64,000 nucleotides of DNA from Octopus vulgaris (lineage: Eukaryota): the NCBI GenBank assembly GCA_951406725.2, contig OX597815.1:141856001-141920000 (forward strand). Direction: 5' to 3'. A program made the translations under genes and the position numbers. Below are positions 26,750 through 42,059 of this stretch, one piece after another. Within the stretch, counting starts at the first letter, position 1, and the number at the start of each line of letters is the position of its first letter. The notes beneath the pieces are model-generated. The model had not been told where the DNA came from and searched no databases. It worked only from the letters and a program-made list of their open reading frames with translations.

Positions 26750-28492
26750 GAGAGAGAGAGAGAGACAGTGTGAGCGTGTGTACTATTGCAAAATGTCATA
26801 CACTATTTCGTTATATAGTTTTAGAAAACGAGAGTAACATTTAAATTGAGAGCAACATTTAAATTTGTTTATACTTTCATAACAAGAATTGAATTATAAT
26901 TATATTCTAAAATACTGTATAGGATATCATTTTTCTACATTTTTTAAATATCGTTTTAGCATTATAGTAATTCTGTAAGAGCAAAATGAGGATCGAATTT
27001 TCATACTATTTTTGCCATTGCATGTAATGTACCACGGCGTTGTTATTTTTTTAATCCCATCTGTCATTTCTTAAAGTATAATTGATTGCTACAGATATAT
27101 TTCGTATAAACAAGTTACAAATATATCTGATTGATATATTCTTCCTTTATTCATTTATATTTGTGAACAATGCAATGGCTTTATTCGTTTTAAGAGATAT
27201 TTTACAATTGCATTTCTATGAAATACCAAATATCACTTTTGAGATTATTTACAAACGGTGCTTGCGCATGTTAGTATATAGAAAAATATGTTTGTAGCTT
27301 GCTTTACAAGAATGTGTCATCCATGGAATAAAGTCATTTCCCGCTAAAACTGCCAACTATTTACTGCTGTATTGTCTCCTTTTCTTCGCTTAAAGGAGAA
27401 TTTTATACCGTCATGGAGCACTGAATAATGCTTCTTTCGAAAATATAGAGACGACAACTGAAGATATTATTCATACTATTCACTGGAAGAATGAAATTTT
27501 AAATGATGTAGATTGAGGGGAGGTGAGGCAACACAAATCTCATATAATACTTCTCAATTTCTATATGAATACGTCTTTGCATTTGCCTCTTACTGATCTA
27601 ATTAAAAAAAATATCGTAAAGGAAACACTAATGCACAGATTTTGTGTAATTAATATTGATATTTGTTGATTGTCAGATACAGAACTAAATCCGTAAATGG
27701 AATGCAATATATTTACTTTGGCAATCATATTTGCACTTTTAAGTATCTTTGCATTCTTATGTGACCCCATTTTCCAACGATATTGATTTATGACGCCATG
27801 GCATAAAATAACTTCAATAGAGATGTCATAAGCTTTTAAACAGACCTATATTTATTTTACTTACATTATTGAACCATAAAAAGAAGGCAAAATTAACCAT
27901 AGTAGGATTTGAACAGATACTTACTGAAAGCGCTTTATTTGTTTTTAGGCAAATTTGCTTCGGCTTGCAGTAATATTGAATTATATTTTATCAATTAGAA
28001 TAATGTCATCGTTCACAATAGCAAATAAATATATCATTCAATTACTACCAGATTCAATTACTATATATAAAATTCCTTTCCATTACTTACTAGATGCTGC
28101 CCTCCACACAAAATGTGTGATTCTTCTTAATACCGAAATGCACACGGGGTAATTTTGGAAGTCTGTGTAAAAGACAATACCTGCTCCCTGAAATGAGAAA
28201 ATTTTAAAGCAAAACATAAATATTTGGGCGAGAAAAAGTTACTTTTTGCAACAGTAAAACACATGCGCAATGCAAAAAGGATAATTCAGTGACTAGTAGC
28301 GGAATAAAATGAGATCTCGAGATGTTATGCTTTAAAAAAAACGAACATATTGTAATCACTTTACCTATGAATTATTTTTAACTGGTATAGCCTTCGACGA
28401 TTAAGTCTTTATATTACAAATTGGGTATGCCTCCACATACAAATACGTGCAAGCACGCACAGACACACATGTATTCTACAGTGTAATTATCC

Positions 28493-29202
28493 TAAATTTA
28501 AAATGAGGGTGAGAAATTAGATATTGATTTAATTAACATAAATTTAACACCAGTGCTCTATCACATAAAATCTGAAGGTTCAGTAAATTGTATAATATCC
28601 ATATAAGAGGGACGACCACTATGTGGACAACCCTTTAACTAGAAGTAGATCCGATATGGTCTTACCATTAATAAATGTTCTCAAGAAAAATTTTGCAAAC
28701 ACCAGAACGTAAGCGAGCAAGACAAATGAAATGTAACAAGATGTAGATTATTCACATACATGTTTCACTATTAACAGATTAGGTAATTTTACTTGCGCAA
28801 TTTGTCCGTAGAAATTCAGTGTGACCATCTATACAAATATAATATGCAGAACTATATACGGAGACGTCTGCACGAGGTGGGACCTGTATCTAGTTCTAGC
28901 TATTACCCTAGCGGCTATTTTTGAAAAGTCCTCGTTTTGGCGCGCTAAGTTACAGGAAAATAATATTGCAGAAAACAATTTACTGTAGTGGCCTTTGCCG
29001 GCTAGAGAGCGTATTAAGTTAAATTTAAATTTAAAATGAGGGTGAGAAATTAGATATTAATTTAATTAATATCAGTTTAACACCAGTGGTGTAGCATATA
29101 AAATCTGAAGCTTCAGTAAATTGTATTATATACATATAAGAGGGGTGACTACTATGTCGACAACTCTAATGCTAAAAGTAGATCCGCTATGGTCTTACCA
29201 CT
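28493..29202. repeat. Pair of ~178-bp imperfect direct repeats (28493-28670 and 29026-29202) around a ~355-bp spacer
   Basis: Both begin taaatttaaaatgagggtgagaaattagatatt and end agtagatccg.tatggtcttacca.ta. Confidence 0.85.
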
Positions 29203-29216
29203 AAGTGCAATTATCA

Positions 29217-29242
29217 TAGATAGACAGATCGATAGATAGATC

Positions 29243-29301
<59 letters not shown>

Positions 29302-29302
29302 G
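29217..29302. repeat. (GATA)n microsatellite
   Basis: Direct reading of the sequence. Confidence 0.95.
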
Positions 29303-29489
29303 GATAGGATAGGATAGGGTAGACATATCTGTCCGTGTATGGGTATATATATATATATATATTAAGTATATATGCAATTAATGTTTATGATGAACGAATG
29401 CGAATGAGTATCAATTGTTAATGTACGGAAAGTGGTTGAAAAAATATTATTTAATATTAGTTAACACAGTCTTGAAAGAGTTGCCGATA

Positions 29490-29705
29490 TTCATTTCTAC
29501 TCTAGGTACAAGGCCCAAATTTTGATGGAGGGGTCCATTCGATTAGATTGACACCAGTACGCAACTGATACTTAATTTTATCGACCTCGAAAGGATGAAA
29601 GGCAAAGTTGACCTCGGCGGATTTTAAACTCAGGACATAAAGACAGATGAAATACCGATAAGCATTGCGCCCGGCGTGCTAACGTTTCTGCCAGCTCGCC
29701 GCCTT
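29490..29705 (-). mobile_element. tRNA-derived SINE, family A
   Basis: tcgacctcgaaaggatgaaaggcaaagttgacctcggcgga..cccggcgtgctaacgtttctgccagctcgccgcc. Confidence 0.9.
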
Positions 29706-31178
29706 CAAGACATTTGATCCAGGTTCTGTAATGACGACCATTCCATCGCCCTGAAAGAGTTATCGATATTGCAATTCCCGTGAGAAACATTCTCCGGAAC
29801 AGAATCACAAAGGCCCCAGCGAAAACTAGTGCTACTTCTCTAATCATGCAGAAACATATTTCGGAACAGAAGCATGGACTTCCTAGTGAAAAGTAGGGTC
29901 ACTGCTGTAATCATGCTCCGAAATGCAGGGCATTAGCAGCATTATTGGAGAACGAAGTTTTGAAGTGCCTTTTAATGAGCTGTTCTTCACATTCTTATGT
30001 GACTGAATGGCACAGTTGTCAGAACTTCGGAAGTGAAACGCTTGCGGTGACAGTTAAACTGAACAACATCAGCACTTGCTTTTGTCTTGGTCATAATGGG
30101 GAATGTTAAGATATACGTACAATATATTTGTTGCATATCAAATCTGTAGTAGAGAGAATCTTTGGAGGTTCAAGTACATGTTTAACACAGATTGACAGAA
30201 GCTTTAGATTTATATATCTAGTTATAAACACTGTCACCTAGGTAACGGCATGTGACGCCAATGTTGATTAAATAACTAACAGTAATGTATATGTTTTGAA
30301 GATGTTAATTGTTCCTAAAAGAAATTATTACACTTCAGAGAAAATATATTTTACTCAACTTTTTATAACATATATATTGAACAAATTAACACAGTTTATT
30401 ATATTCAGGAATACAGTATCACTGCAAACTTAGGCTTTCTAGAGAGGCCCGCTTCGTAAATCACCGTGGGTAGAGACTTGATAATGCATTTAGTCTCAAG
30501 CCCATTTGCATAAAATATTTCCACGTTATTATCTTCACATGTTAGAAATCTATGATTTGAGAAACCTATTTTTAAGACGCCAATCATTCGCAAAATATCG
30601 ACTTCGCTGTTTGAAATTCCTAAAAAATTATTAAATAGTAATACTTTTGTTCAGTATTTACTATGGTGCATTTACTTGATATATTTTGGGAAAGAGGAAT
30701 CAAAATGTTTCAATACTGTTGATTAATTCTAACACTTGCGAATTAAATCTATCGATATCATTCGAAATATTCTTCTGCTAATGTACGTAAAGTGTCGTTA
30801 TGAGACCTACCAAATATTGATTAGAAGCTATCTCAATTTATTTGCAGTGTCTGCCTCTGTCGGTTATGATGTTCAATTTATGTCGTTGTTGAATGCTGAA
30901 AATATCGCTCGCAAAGTTAACATATATCTACTGGAAAAGATTAAATTTATGCGCGTTTTACAAATAAGATTAATTTCACTGATGGTCCCATGCTGAACAT
31001 TAGCAAAATTTGTTGAAAGCATTATTACACAATAACTCCTATTTTATGCAATTTCTTTCTCGTTTGGATACAAATTTGAGAAGCATAGACCGACAATTAC
31101 ATGGATAGATATATAAACATGCATAACTATATGTGCGCCAAGAATGTATTCAAACATACGTATAGATATGTGTGCGAG

Positions 31179-31215
<37 letters not shown>

Positions 31216-33312
31216 GTGTGTGTGTGTGTGTGTATGTATATTTACGATTGTATTTATGTGTGTGTGTTATACTTACACTCACTCTTCAATAGGTTGTAAA
31301 CATTGGAAAATATAATACTGCTCATGGATTCAACCGTCAATGCAATATATAGTAAATACATTCCGTATCTTTAGGTTAAGGGCGAGATTTCTTTAAGGAA
31401 AATAATGCACACATTTTTATGAATGCTTTTAACTTATGTTACACTTGATGTATTACCCAGTCACGGCGAATATTCTGAGATCAAATCCTATCTATGTGAG
31501 TTCACTTTTCATAATTCAAAGATCGATAAGATATATTTCCAATCAAGTATTTGTTTCAATATATTTTACAAATAATCGCGAATTATTTATTGTTCCCTTA
31601 CCAACTACAATTTCTGTTATCCTTCATAAATAACCTAATTTTGTTGAAGGATATTCCGAATAAAATTAGCCGAACAAAGCAAACATTTTTCTTCATAACA
31701 CAACGATTAAGATCTTACGTTGAAATGTTTCGTCAATATGCAAACATACAAAATAATAATTGGAAGCATTATGGTTCTAACTTTATTTTTGCATATAAAG
31801 TTCAGGTGGATTTAAATCATTAGTTATATTGGTTTCCATGAATAAGATACCAAATAAGCATGCCCTATTAATTGTCCGGCTATCGATGAACATTACTCCT
31901 TATATAAATTTTCTTGATGAACTGCCTATTATAACCTCTTCTGGTATTGCTCTTTCATTCCTTAGTCCTTTCGTTCAATACACGCCTTTCTTCAAAATAA
32001 TGAAAAGTCATACGGTTGTTAACCCTGGAGTTTCCGCCGTTAATTTCGTCTAGTGGCACGTGCTACCAGATATAACTTTAAATGAGAAGTCGGTTGTTTT
32101 AAAGATTATATTTCTGAAACTTCCTCAAATATCCGTTTAGATTATATAATTATTCACAAGAAAGAATCTAAAGAGGTATAAACCTGAGCAAGGTCAGTCG
32201 AATATGAAGGATGATAGAAATGTTCTCAGTCAATCCCCAATAAATTCAAACGTATCTGAAGTGTGTGATCTGATATTGTTGTCATTAAAGGCAACGGCCT
32301 TATGATTTGCAAGCACTGTAGGTTTCTGGTTGATCACTGCATTTAATTTCTCGAACTGGTACCTGTACACAACAGAACAGATGGTCCTGTCCGTTAGCAG
32401 AAGCTCGTAAAGACAAAACCCTTAAAACTACACCAAATTAAAATCTTTTGAATGAAGTTCTGCTTTGGATGTTGCTTGTGATTATTCACCGCACTGAGCC
32501 TATGATAGTTTGCGATTCACATTGTCTTAGAGTATCCAGTTCTGTCTCCTATTAGCACATGCTTTTCTTAAGTTGAGTTTATTTTAACGTTTCTCCAACG
32601 AAGCGCCGATGGAAAACACTTGGATTCCTCATTCAATTGATGTGGAAGCAGGACACACAGACTGCTGATGTAACCAATTTTGATATATATGATTTGCTTC
32701 TATAAATAATATCTGCGATCATCTTAGTCGTATAAAGGGGTGGTCGGTATCGTTTAACTCTTTTCTTGCTCTTAATCTAAGCTGACAGACAAGGTCGAGG
32801 ACCGAAAAGTTTCCCGATTAAAATTATGAAAGCCCTCTGCTGGTACACACATCACGCGATAGCAGCTTCTCTGTACATCTTTATGCAGGTTTCCACCACG
32901 TATTTATCCTTTTCAGAATGAAAAAACGTGAGGTGTCGATAATGTTGTTCTGGCACTCCATTTTCAGAGTAAACCCATGCACACAAATATAGTTTCACGT
33001 GTTTTCGTTGAATTACATTGAAGTTTCAAGAATCGAGTAATGTGTATATATTTAACTACTTATTAGAGTGCTTGAATTTTAGAATGGATTGTTGGCCTAC
33101 CCAATATATCTGCGTGCATTTGTGTTTGTGTGTGTATATTCTTATGTAGACTCTTGTTTAGTAGATATATGAGCCACATTGTTACAACCCAGAATATTCT
33201 AATTTCAGTACATACGTGAACATTTTATGAAATGTCTCCTTGGCTATTTACTATCTATAGAGAGTGATTTAGCAGTTGTTTCTTCGATATCAAGCACACA
33301 GGTCGAATTAGG

Positions 33313-33392
33313 CTACTACTACTACAACAACAACTACTATTACCACTACTACTACAACTACTACGACTACAACAACAACTACTACTACTACA

Positions 33393-33433
<41 letters not shown>
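33313..33433. repeat. (ACT/AAC)n plus (AAT)n compound microsatellite
   Basis: Direct reading of the sequence. Confidence 0.9.
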
Positions 33434-33435
<2 letters not shown>

Positions 33436-34569
33436 CTTGTACTTCTATGCGTGTTCTACAACTTATAATAAACATAAGGATAATGACGATAATAAAAGTA
33501 ATAATAATAATAATATCCCTACTAATAAGTAGAGCAAGAAGAAAAGGAAGAAAGGGTAGAGGAAACGAATCATGGCAATTTAACATTTGATAGGTTCTTC
33601 TGTGTTCTAATTTAACATAATATCTATTAGTTAACAGGTATTTCAAATGTATTGATTTTACGTATCCTCATTTACAAAGTAAAGCAATTATGACTATATA
33701 AACTACTTACAGGAAGATATATGTGACACACTGAACTAAATGGATATAATAAAAAAACGAAGAATAGTGAACAACGAGATATCTCTAAACAGAATTTTGA
33801 ATATGATATGTTTGAATGTATATGTTTGTGTGTGTGTGTGTGTGTGTGTGCGTGTATCAGTAAATATATATATTAATATCATATATGTATCATATATGTA
33901 TATAAATTTCGGATATTTTCTGCAGATGTATTAAATATTTCTTCGAATGGTACAACCTAAAAATATATGCAAATATGCTATTTCGCTTGAATGCAAAGTA
34001 GTATAAAATGAGTTAAATAAGAAACATTTATATCATTAGGATTAGAAAATAATTAGATTATAGATAATATGGAATCACTAATTATTATTTTTTTATATAA
34101 TCTCGCAGTTAAATGTGTTAGAATGATTGATCAATGCATTTAACGTTATAAATATTGTATATATATTGGTAAATATACCGTCATGTGTTGCTTAGTTATT
34201 CTTAAACAAAATTATACGTTTACAAATATGATGATATATGCCGTCACAACAATAGTTTCATCCGCTTTTATTTAATCATCCAAAACTAAGAACATGAACT
34301 TTAAAATATGGCCTACTGCAGTAATGAAAATGTCCTATAAATCAGTTATTTACTTGAAATAATTCGTCTCGAATAGATACATTTACATCAGTTATACAAA
34401 TATGTTTACTTTTTTCTGTTTTTTTTTCAGGGATTTAACAAGAGCATTATGTTGATATAATAATTCCCTTAAACAAACATTGCTATATCACATCATTTCC
34501 CTCAAATAACATTGTATATATTGTTTTCGATAAAACAATATGTTAAAAGCATATTCTGTTATGCTTATA

Positions 34570-34707
34570 CACACATACACACGCATACATGCATACATGC
34601 ATACATGCATACGTACATACATACCGACATACATACCTACATACATACGTACATACATACATACATACATATATATATATATATACATACATACATACAT
34701 ACATACA

Positions 34708-34795
<88 letters not shown>
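34570..34795. repeat. (TACA)n(TA)n tract
   Basis: Direct reading of the sequence. Confidence 0.9.
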
Positions 34796-34798
<3 letters not shown>

Positions 34799-35879
34799 TT
34801 CACTGAACTCATTCTTAGAAAAACCTACTTTGTGTTATTTTTCCGATAACATGAATCTCAATTCATAAGCATTATGAGGTTCGTGATATGTAGAGTATAG
34901 ATTCATTCTGAAAAGAGATGCAAGAAGTTTATTCATAAATATTCTATCACAATGGAATGGATACTTGGATAATTATTAGCATCTTGTTTGCGACTTTATT
35001 TTGCATCCTGCCATGCTACAGAAGTATATTTGTGTGTGTGTGTGTGTCTGCGTGTGTGCGTGTGTGTGTGTATGTGTGTGTATGTGTGTGTGTGTGCGTG
35101 CGTGCGTATGTGTGTGTGTTTCTCTTTCTAAATGTAACTCCAGCAGAAAAATGAAGGAAAATAGAACCGGTAAACTAATTGGAGTACATTAGTGCCCTAC
35201 AATATTTGCATTAACTTTTGTCCAAATAAAAGTGTATGCGATATCAGATTTAGCAAACATATCTTTTTATAATATCAAACATTATTAATAGACATAACAT
35301 TTCGAGTAAAACAGTTTTGTTATGCTCCTTCAATAACGAAATCTTTTAGATATACCGAACATTTATAAATGTAATTTGCTTTACTATAGAACTGTCTCAC
35401 GGTGTTTCTCCTATTATAACTAGTTACCTATAGCCATTATTCAGGTTGCGAGAAAATAAAGACGAACCTCTCACAACCACGTTGATTTACTATCAGGTTC
35501 CTTCTTATACTAAGCAATATCATGTGGTAGAGATGTAGAAAGAAAGCATTCCTGCTGAAACCTAGCTTGATATAGTCCTAACAGTGACAAGCTGAGAGTG
35601 TCCCGTGTGTATTAATGTTAATCTGAGGACGTACAGATTGAAATAATATACGTCAGTGAATCCTACAAGCAGCCTTTTACATACTGAGAAATTATAAAAA
35701 AATATAAAACGTCAAGTACTTCAAAAATATGACCACTCTAAATCGCACCATGCTGAAGTCAATGAGCGATTAAGAGAACTGTAAAACATATAGGTCTACG
35801 TGACACATAGTGATTATAAATTGGTTGTCATGAGCCCGAATTCACTGCAGACAAGATGGATATATGTCATTCTCTTTTC

Positions 35880-36680
35880 AGAAACAAAAACTGGAGTTTT
35901 TATTAAAATTTCTTTGGGGCATGGAAAAACATTTCTGAGCAGTTAATTACTTGCCGAATTCTCACAATGTACAAGCATAGTTATTGCAATCGATTCTTCA
36001 GGCATTTCATTCGCATATCTTACAGTAACTGACAACGATTTCTGTTTAAGGTTCTCTTTTACTGGCGCACATTTTATACATGCATAGCATTTTATCGCTG
36101 GAGAAAGTTATCAAATAATTGTTTCGGATAAGGAGAAAATGATAAAAGGGAAATCTAGGGATAGTCAACCGGATTTGAAAAACTTGCCGACTAAAGTTCA
36201 CACATTGGAGATGTATGCAGGGAACATCTATTAGACGCTTCCTCTGATTTCAAAAGCATAAGGACGCCGATGAAATTCTTGTCTCTCCCAAATCGCCAAG
36301 AATCTCCAAGGTGTCTATGAATATGACCGTCCATCTCATTGAAGACTGGCTGTCTTAATAATTTGCCAAATAATTGGTATATAATACAGACAGAAAATTA
36401 CCTCCAAACACTATTCGTTATATCGATCCAACAAAGAAAATGCTACATTCTGAATCGATGCATCATTATTTAATACATAGGTATTATTTCGAAAGATATT
36501 GCAAAGTACAGCTGGCAGTTGTTACAGTCTGTTCTAGGAAACTGCCATTCCTACAAGTCAATAGATTTCATAATGGATGAGGAAGAATTAACAAACAATT
36601 CGGCAAATTAACAAACAAATGTTTGAAACATTCACTTCCATTGTTACACAGAAGACTTCTGCTTGTAAAAATAATTTTTG
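35880..36680 (+). pseudogene. Helitron RepHel PIF1-like helicase fossil
   Basis: LGHGKTFLSS*LLAEFSQCTSIVIAIDSSGISFAYL (Walker A plus ASSGIAATLL motif), AGNIY*TLPLI (GDFRQxLPVI) and LGNCHSYKSIDFIMDEEE occur in the correct order. Confidence 0.7.
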
Positions 36681-38059
36681 TTTGAATGTGTTTTAACTAC
36701 TGGCTAGTTAATAAATATACTTTTCCAGGATATGTTTGTAATGTATGTATGAATTTTCTTAATTACGTAAATTTTATGTATCAGTTCTAAAATATAATTG
36801 CCTGCGATTTAGACTTAACGTACGCCATGCTAGCAGAACACGCTAAGATGGGCAATTGTTATAAAAAATTGGAACATATCAAAATTATGCTATTCATCTT
36901 GGAGGAGAACATCGCTCATAGGTTTTTCATATAGTCATAACATTCTATGAGGATTGTAAATTAATAGGTTAGAAGGTTTTGACATCTTTGCACATAGATC
37001 ACGCTTTATTATGACAGTGATGGTCAATTAATTTTATGATGTATTAGTATCTACTGATTAGGCTCCGTATGATAGCATTAGACGAACGCATTGAAGTATA
37101 GATATAACTATTAGAGTGGCGTTGTATTTAAGTATATTTATTGCAAGTAGAAGCATGCGAACAAATGTGCCTATATGAACACACACATGACTTCTCAAAT
37201 TGAATGCCAAAATACCGGATTTCATTTTCAATTGCGTACTTATTTCTAAAGCATAATCCCATCAAATTTTCATATGTTGGTCATGCTGAGAAGTAAGTGC
37301 ACTGAAACACTCTTACCTTAGAGTGCGCTTCGAAGTGGTGCAATTGCTCTCTTTTTCTCTATCTCTCTCACGCACACTCACACACAGACACGCACTCACA
37401 CCCACACACACACTCAATCACTCTCGCATCTCAACTTACTACACTGTTTTCGTTTTCCTTTTTTAAAGTAGGAAAAGTTACTTAATGTCTGATTGCATTT
37501 GTCAACGGTATATTTCGTAAATGGAACTAGAAAATAGTTTCATGTATCTTCTCCACTACATAGTAAATTTGCCATACTCTAGACATTTTCTTTTTACCTA
37601 TGAACACCTTTGATTGCTACTCCATTCTGGTGCATTCCCTTAGCCATTTGATATTTTAAAACTAGTTTTATGAAACTTCATTCAAAACACCCACTTTACT
37701 TTTCACACATTAACCTGTGTAGGTTGAACTATGTAAAATATTACATATGAAACCTAGCTGCTTTTTCAATACATAACAATATATACATCTAACAGGAAAT
37801 GTGGATCCCCAATTTACTATAGATTTCTAGCGTGAATTTCCGACAATCTTATATGGAACCTAGTCGAGAACTACTGCGCTAGAGTAAACAATTTAAATAT
37901 ATTAATGTAAACAAAGGGTATTTAGGGATGTGGAAACTTCTATTGTAAATTCCAACAGTAAAATGTGGCATAACAAGGTGTCATTTCTCATCCAGTAATG
38001 AAACAATAATCTATTAATAGATGTAAGCACTTTGACAATCAGTAATATGATGCAATATG

Positions 38060-38600
38060 ATGCAATTCAAAGTAATTACTTCTTTGCAATCCCACCAGAT
38101 AGAGAGAGAGAGAGAAGAATATTTTTCCCTTAAAGTTCCCTTCTCGGTCGTGGCTGAGGTTTTTCTCTTTTACCAAGCCACTGTTTAACATTTCGATAGA
38201 AGATCCATTTTTCGTCACCAGTCACAAGTCTATCCAAAAACGGTAAAATGAGTTCGCGAGAATGGAAAAAATAGCAGATATCAACTCGGGATTTGCGTTG
38301 CTTTCGGACATTTCATGAGGCACACATTTTCCAAGTTTAGGAATCTTTCTAAGTTGTTGAAGATGACGATGAACAGGTGTATGGTTGGAAGTAAGCTTTA
38401 TTGCCAAATTTTCATCTGATAATGCAGGATTTCCTTCAAGTAATGCCGCAAGGAGCTTATCAAACTCAACTGGACGGCCTGTTCGATCTTCATATTCAAG
38501 GGTGAAATCCCCACTTCTGAATTTTGCAAACCATCTTCTGCAAGTTCTTTCATTCGAGCATTCTTTCCCATAAAAGTCATCATGTAGGCATTTTAAATTT
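38060..38600 (-). pseudogene. mariner transposase fossil
   Basis: ERTCRRWFAKFRSGDFTLEYEDRTGRPVEFD..VHRHLQQLRKIPKLGKCVPHEMS..FLDRLVTGDEKWIFYRN..WWDCKEVI, i.e. HTH, WVPHEL and first catalytic D motifs. Frameshifted. Confidence 0.9.
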
Positions 38601-38956
38601 CTTTTAAAACATGTTATCGCGTTTAAATTTCTATCTTACAAACAGAAAAGGGTGCTTGACAAAATTGAATAAATTAGCATAGAATAATGGGGTGTTACGT
38701 TGTCAACGTAATGTGACAGTCCTAGGGCTAAATACCAATAGTATTCTTCCCTTTCATGGGGCTACCACATTAAGTTGACATCACCCCACAACTTTATTGT
38801 GTGTAATCTCCCTGAGATATCAAGAAATGTATTATTTGTATCATAGAATAATGAATAATGGTTTCATATAATTTTTGTAATTAAGATCTAAACTGTTAAT
38901 ATATGAATGCGAAAGAGATAGTTGAATCATTGTAAACCATTTGGGACACGCTATAA

Positions 38957-39291
<335 letters not shown>

Positions 39292-39549
39292 ATATATATA
39301 TATATATATATATATATTCATATATATACATCTGTGTGTGTGTGTACATATACGTGTATTATTCTTAATTCCTCTGTAACTCTCTGGATAGAAGCCGCGT
39401 TATCTGTTTTCTATTTTAGTACTCTGGTGCGATATTTCAATGTTAGGTTTCAGCTGCGGTGCTATATTTTCGTTGATAGTTTCTTACGGATGTATAATTG
39501 GAGATTTTACTCACTATGATAGCTAGATCTTCTCTAAAAGCTTTTTAAA

Positions 39550-40262
39550 GATTGTAAATATTCCATTCCAATTGGTGGCCCTGATGTTGTTATTACTATG
39601 CATGATAGAATAGTTTGCGATACTAATAATGATTTCCGTGTAAAACTTAATAACCATACAACGTGTAATTTGGGTTCGTGTGATAAAGCTGAGATATAAG
39701 AAGCACAGTGTTTTTATACTTTAGTATGAATCCTTACAAATTGCGAGGTATGTTTACGAAGCTGTCGATTACATATTTTACAATCTCTTGCAAATTATTT
39801 ACTCTTGACAATAAGGTTATATTTCAAGATGATTTCGACATGCTCTTCATATTTTGAAGGAAGATGTCAAAGCTAGTGTTATGATACATTCATCACTTTA
39901 ACGCACAGTGACGGAACTAAAAATCTACAATTGCTATTCTACTGCAGAACTGAGAAGAACATGACTGGGATGATCATTTACTTCATGTTAGAGAATTGAG
40001 AGAACGACTAATTTCTTTTAGCAAGATTTGGCAGCCAAAAAGTGTTGCAGATGCGTTGAGCGAACCTGAAATGATATATGAAGTGTTTGGCATTTCATTG
40101 GATTCTGCAAAAATCCCACAGACCAAGTAATACTATACTCTATCAATAAAGTTGTTGATTCTATAAACGTCGAAATTATTATTCTGACATTTACAAAAGT
40201 ATCGATTCCTTATATGATGAAGAAAATCTGTAAAATTGTCCAGCAGCATTCGTGAAAAGAAG
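39550..40262 (+). pseudogene. Second Helitron PIF1-like helicase fossil
   Basis: LNNHTTCNLG..KAEI, YEAVDYIF, DDFRHALHIL (GDFRQxLPV), MIYEVFG, VILYSINKVVDSINVEII (AILxPxNxxVxxIN) and YKSIDSLYDEE occur in helicase order. Many frameshifts. Confidence 0.65.
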
Positions 40263-40594
40263 CAAGGTTAAAGTAGGAGGGAAGTTGTTGGAGAAAGAGA
40301 AGTGTGAAATGGGCAGAGGAAAACTGTTTGAGAAGCGTTGATGGAAGAGGTGAAGAGAAGATGACAGAGAAAGGAAGGAGAAAGGTTGGTACGTGCGGGA
40401 AGTGAGAATATTTGTTAAATGAATGCAGATGGAAGATATTTCATTTACCCAGTTCAGTGACCACAAGAATTTCGTGAATAACACTGAATATTTATTCGCA
40501 CGTCTATGGTCGAAATCGAGCTGCTGGTAAATCCAACACACGCATGGTAAAAATATACTCAGTTATATATACATATATATATGCATATATACAT

Positions 40595-40648
<54 letters not shown>

Positions 40649-41797
40649 TTCGTATCGCACATAAATACCCATAGTGAAAGTTGAGTATTATGCTCACATA
40701 TTCCCATTTTCACACACGCTTCACTGTCTCTATAAATATTTATGTGTATAAGTATGACCTTCTACAGTACTTAGGAAGAGTGGATGTCCAAGTGAAAACT
40801 TGTATGAATGTACGTACAGCATTACAGGGAAGCTCACAGAATGTTAGCCCCAAATTACGTATGAAAACACATTAGAAAATCAAAAACATTCATCTAAATA
40901 TGAACACCAATGAAAGAGTATTTTAAATTAATGTACGACGTTGATATATAAGCATTCTATAAGATCCACACACTGAAATAGATGTGACGCAGCATTGAGA
41001 TAGAAAGAAGAACTTAATAGCGATTTTATGGTCTGAGTAACACAAGACATTTCTTTTTATTGTAAGAGTTGCCTATAGTGGACTGTCCGTATCTGAAAAG
41101 GCATGGTATTGAAATGAGATTAATGAAGTGGTTGAGCGCGTTGAAAGTGATTAACATATGTTGCATTCTGAAACGAGCCTTGCAGAAGCTACAACTTGGA
41201 ATACGCCTTATTCGTGTAGATAGATGTAGGACATGACGTAGGACATGACGTAGAATAATGAGGTAGTGAAGATGCACGTGAATTTTACAGTATTTCGTAC
41301 CGGAAATTTAGAAGCGGCGATTGTTGTAAAGGAAAGAAGCATTGGTGTAATCTAGATGTGGCTAAGTGATTATGTGTGTATGGATTTCAGAATTGCAGAG
41401 AAATTTACTTCCCCGTGGGTGTATGGTCAGGTACAAGGAATGGCTATGCAGACAGAGAGCGTGGGAGACTCTAACCGAGGTTGTTTTTCTCAAACCACAG
41501 TCAACATTACGCTCAATTGAATACTTACCTAAGAGTCTCAAGCGGCATTGCAGTTTAATAAGATGATACATGATCTAAACATTCAGGCATCAGAGCTTGT
41601 GGGATACTAGAATATTTACTATTTTAGTCGTGGTAATTATACGGTAACAGTAAATGCCGATGTAATTTTAGTAGTGGAAATATCAAGAAAGCTAACAGAC
41701 GTGTCAAAACTGGAGGTAAAATATCCAGTACTGCAGAAAACTTAGTAGTGAAATAATTACTGTTATTAAGTTTGGGTTAATGGATAGTTACGCCAGT

Positions 41798-41801
<4 letters not shown>

Positions 41802-41884
<83 letters not shown>
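41802..41884. repeat. (TA)n microsatellite
   Basis: Direct reading of the sequence. Confidence 0.95.
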
Positions 41885-41889
<5 letters not shown>

Positions 41890-41966
41890 TTTTACCCTTT
41901 TATTATTGATAATATAATTCTCTCTCCCTGATATTGAACTACAGTTCTCTCTGTAGGAATTTGTTG

Positions 41967-42045
<79 letters not shown>

Positions 42046-42059
42046 GTGATCAATCAGAC

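Noticed and set aside
32040-32950. Higher-complexity block that might be a decayed TE or gene
   Set aside because: No motif or sustained reading frame that I could recognise.
41366-41576. Overlapping short ORFs and a consensus minus-strand donor (AG|GTAAGT) near 41528
   Set aside because: Isolated, with a weak acceptor and no recognisable product.
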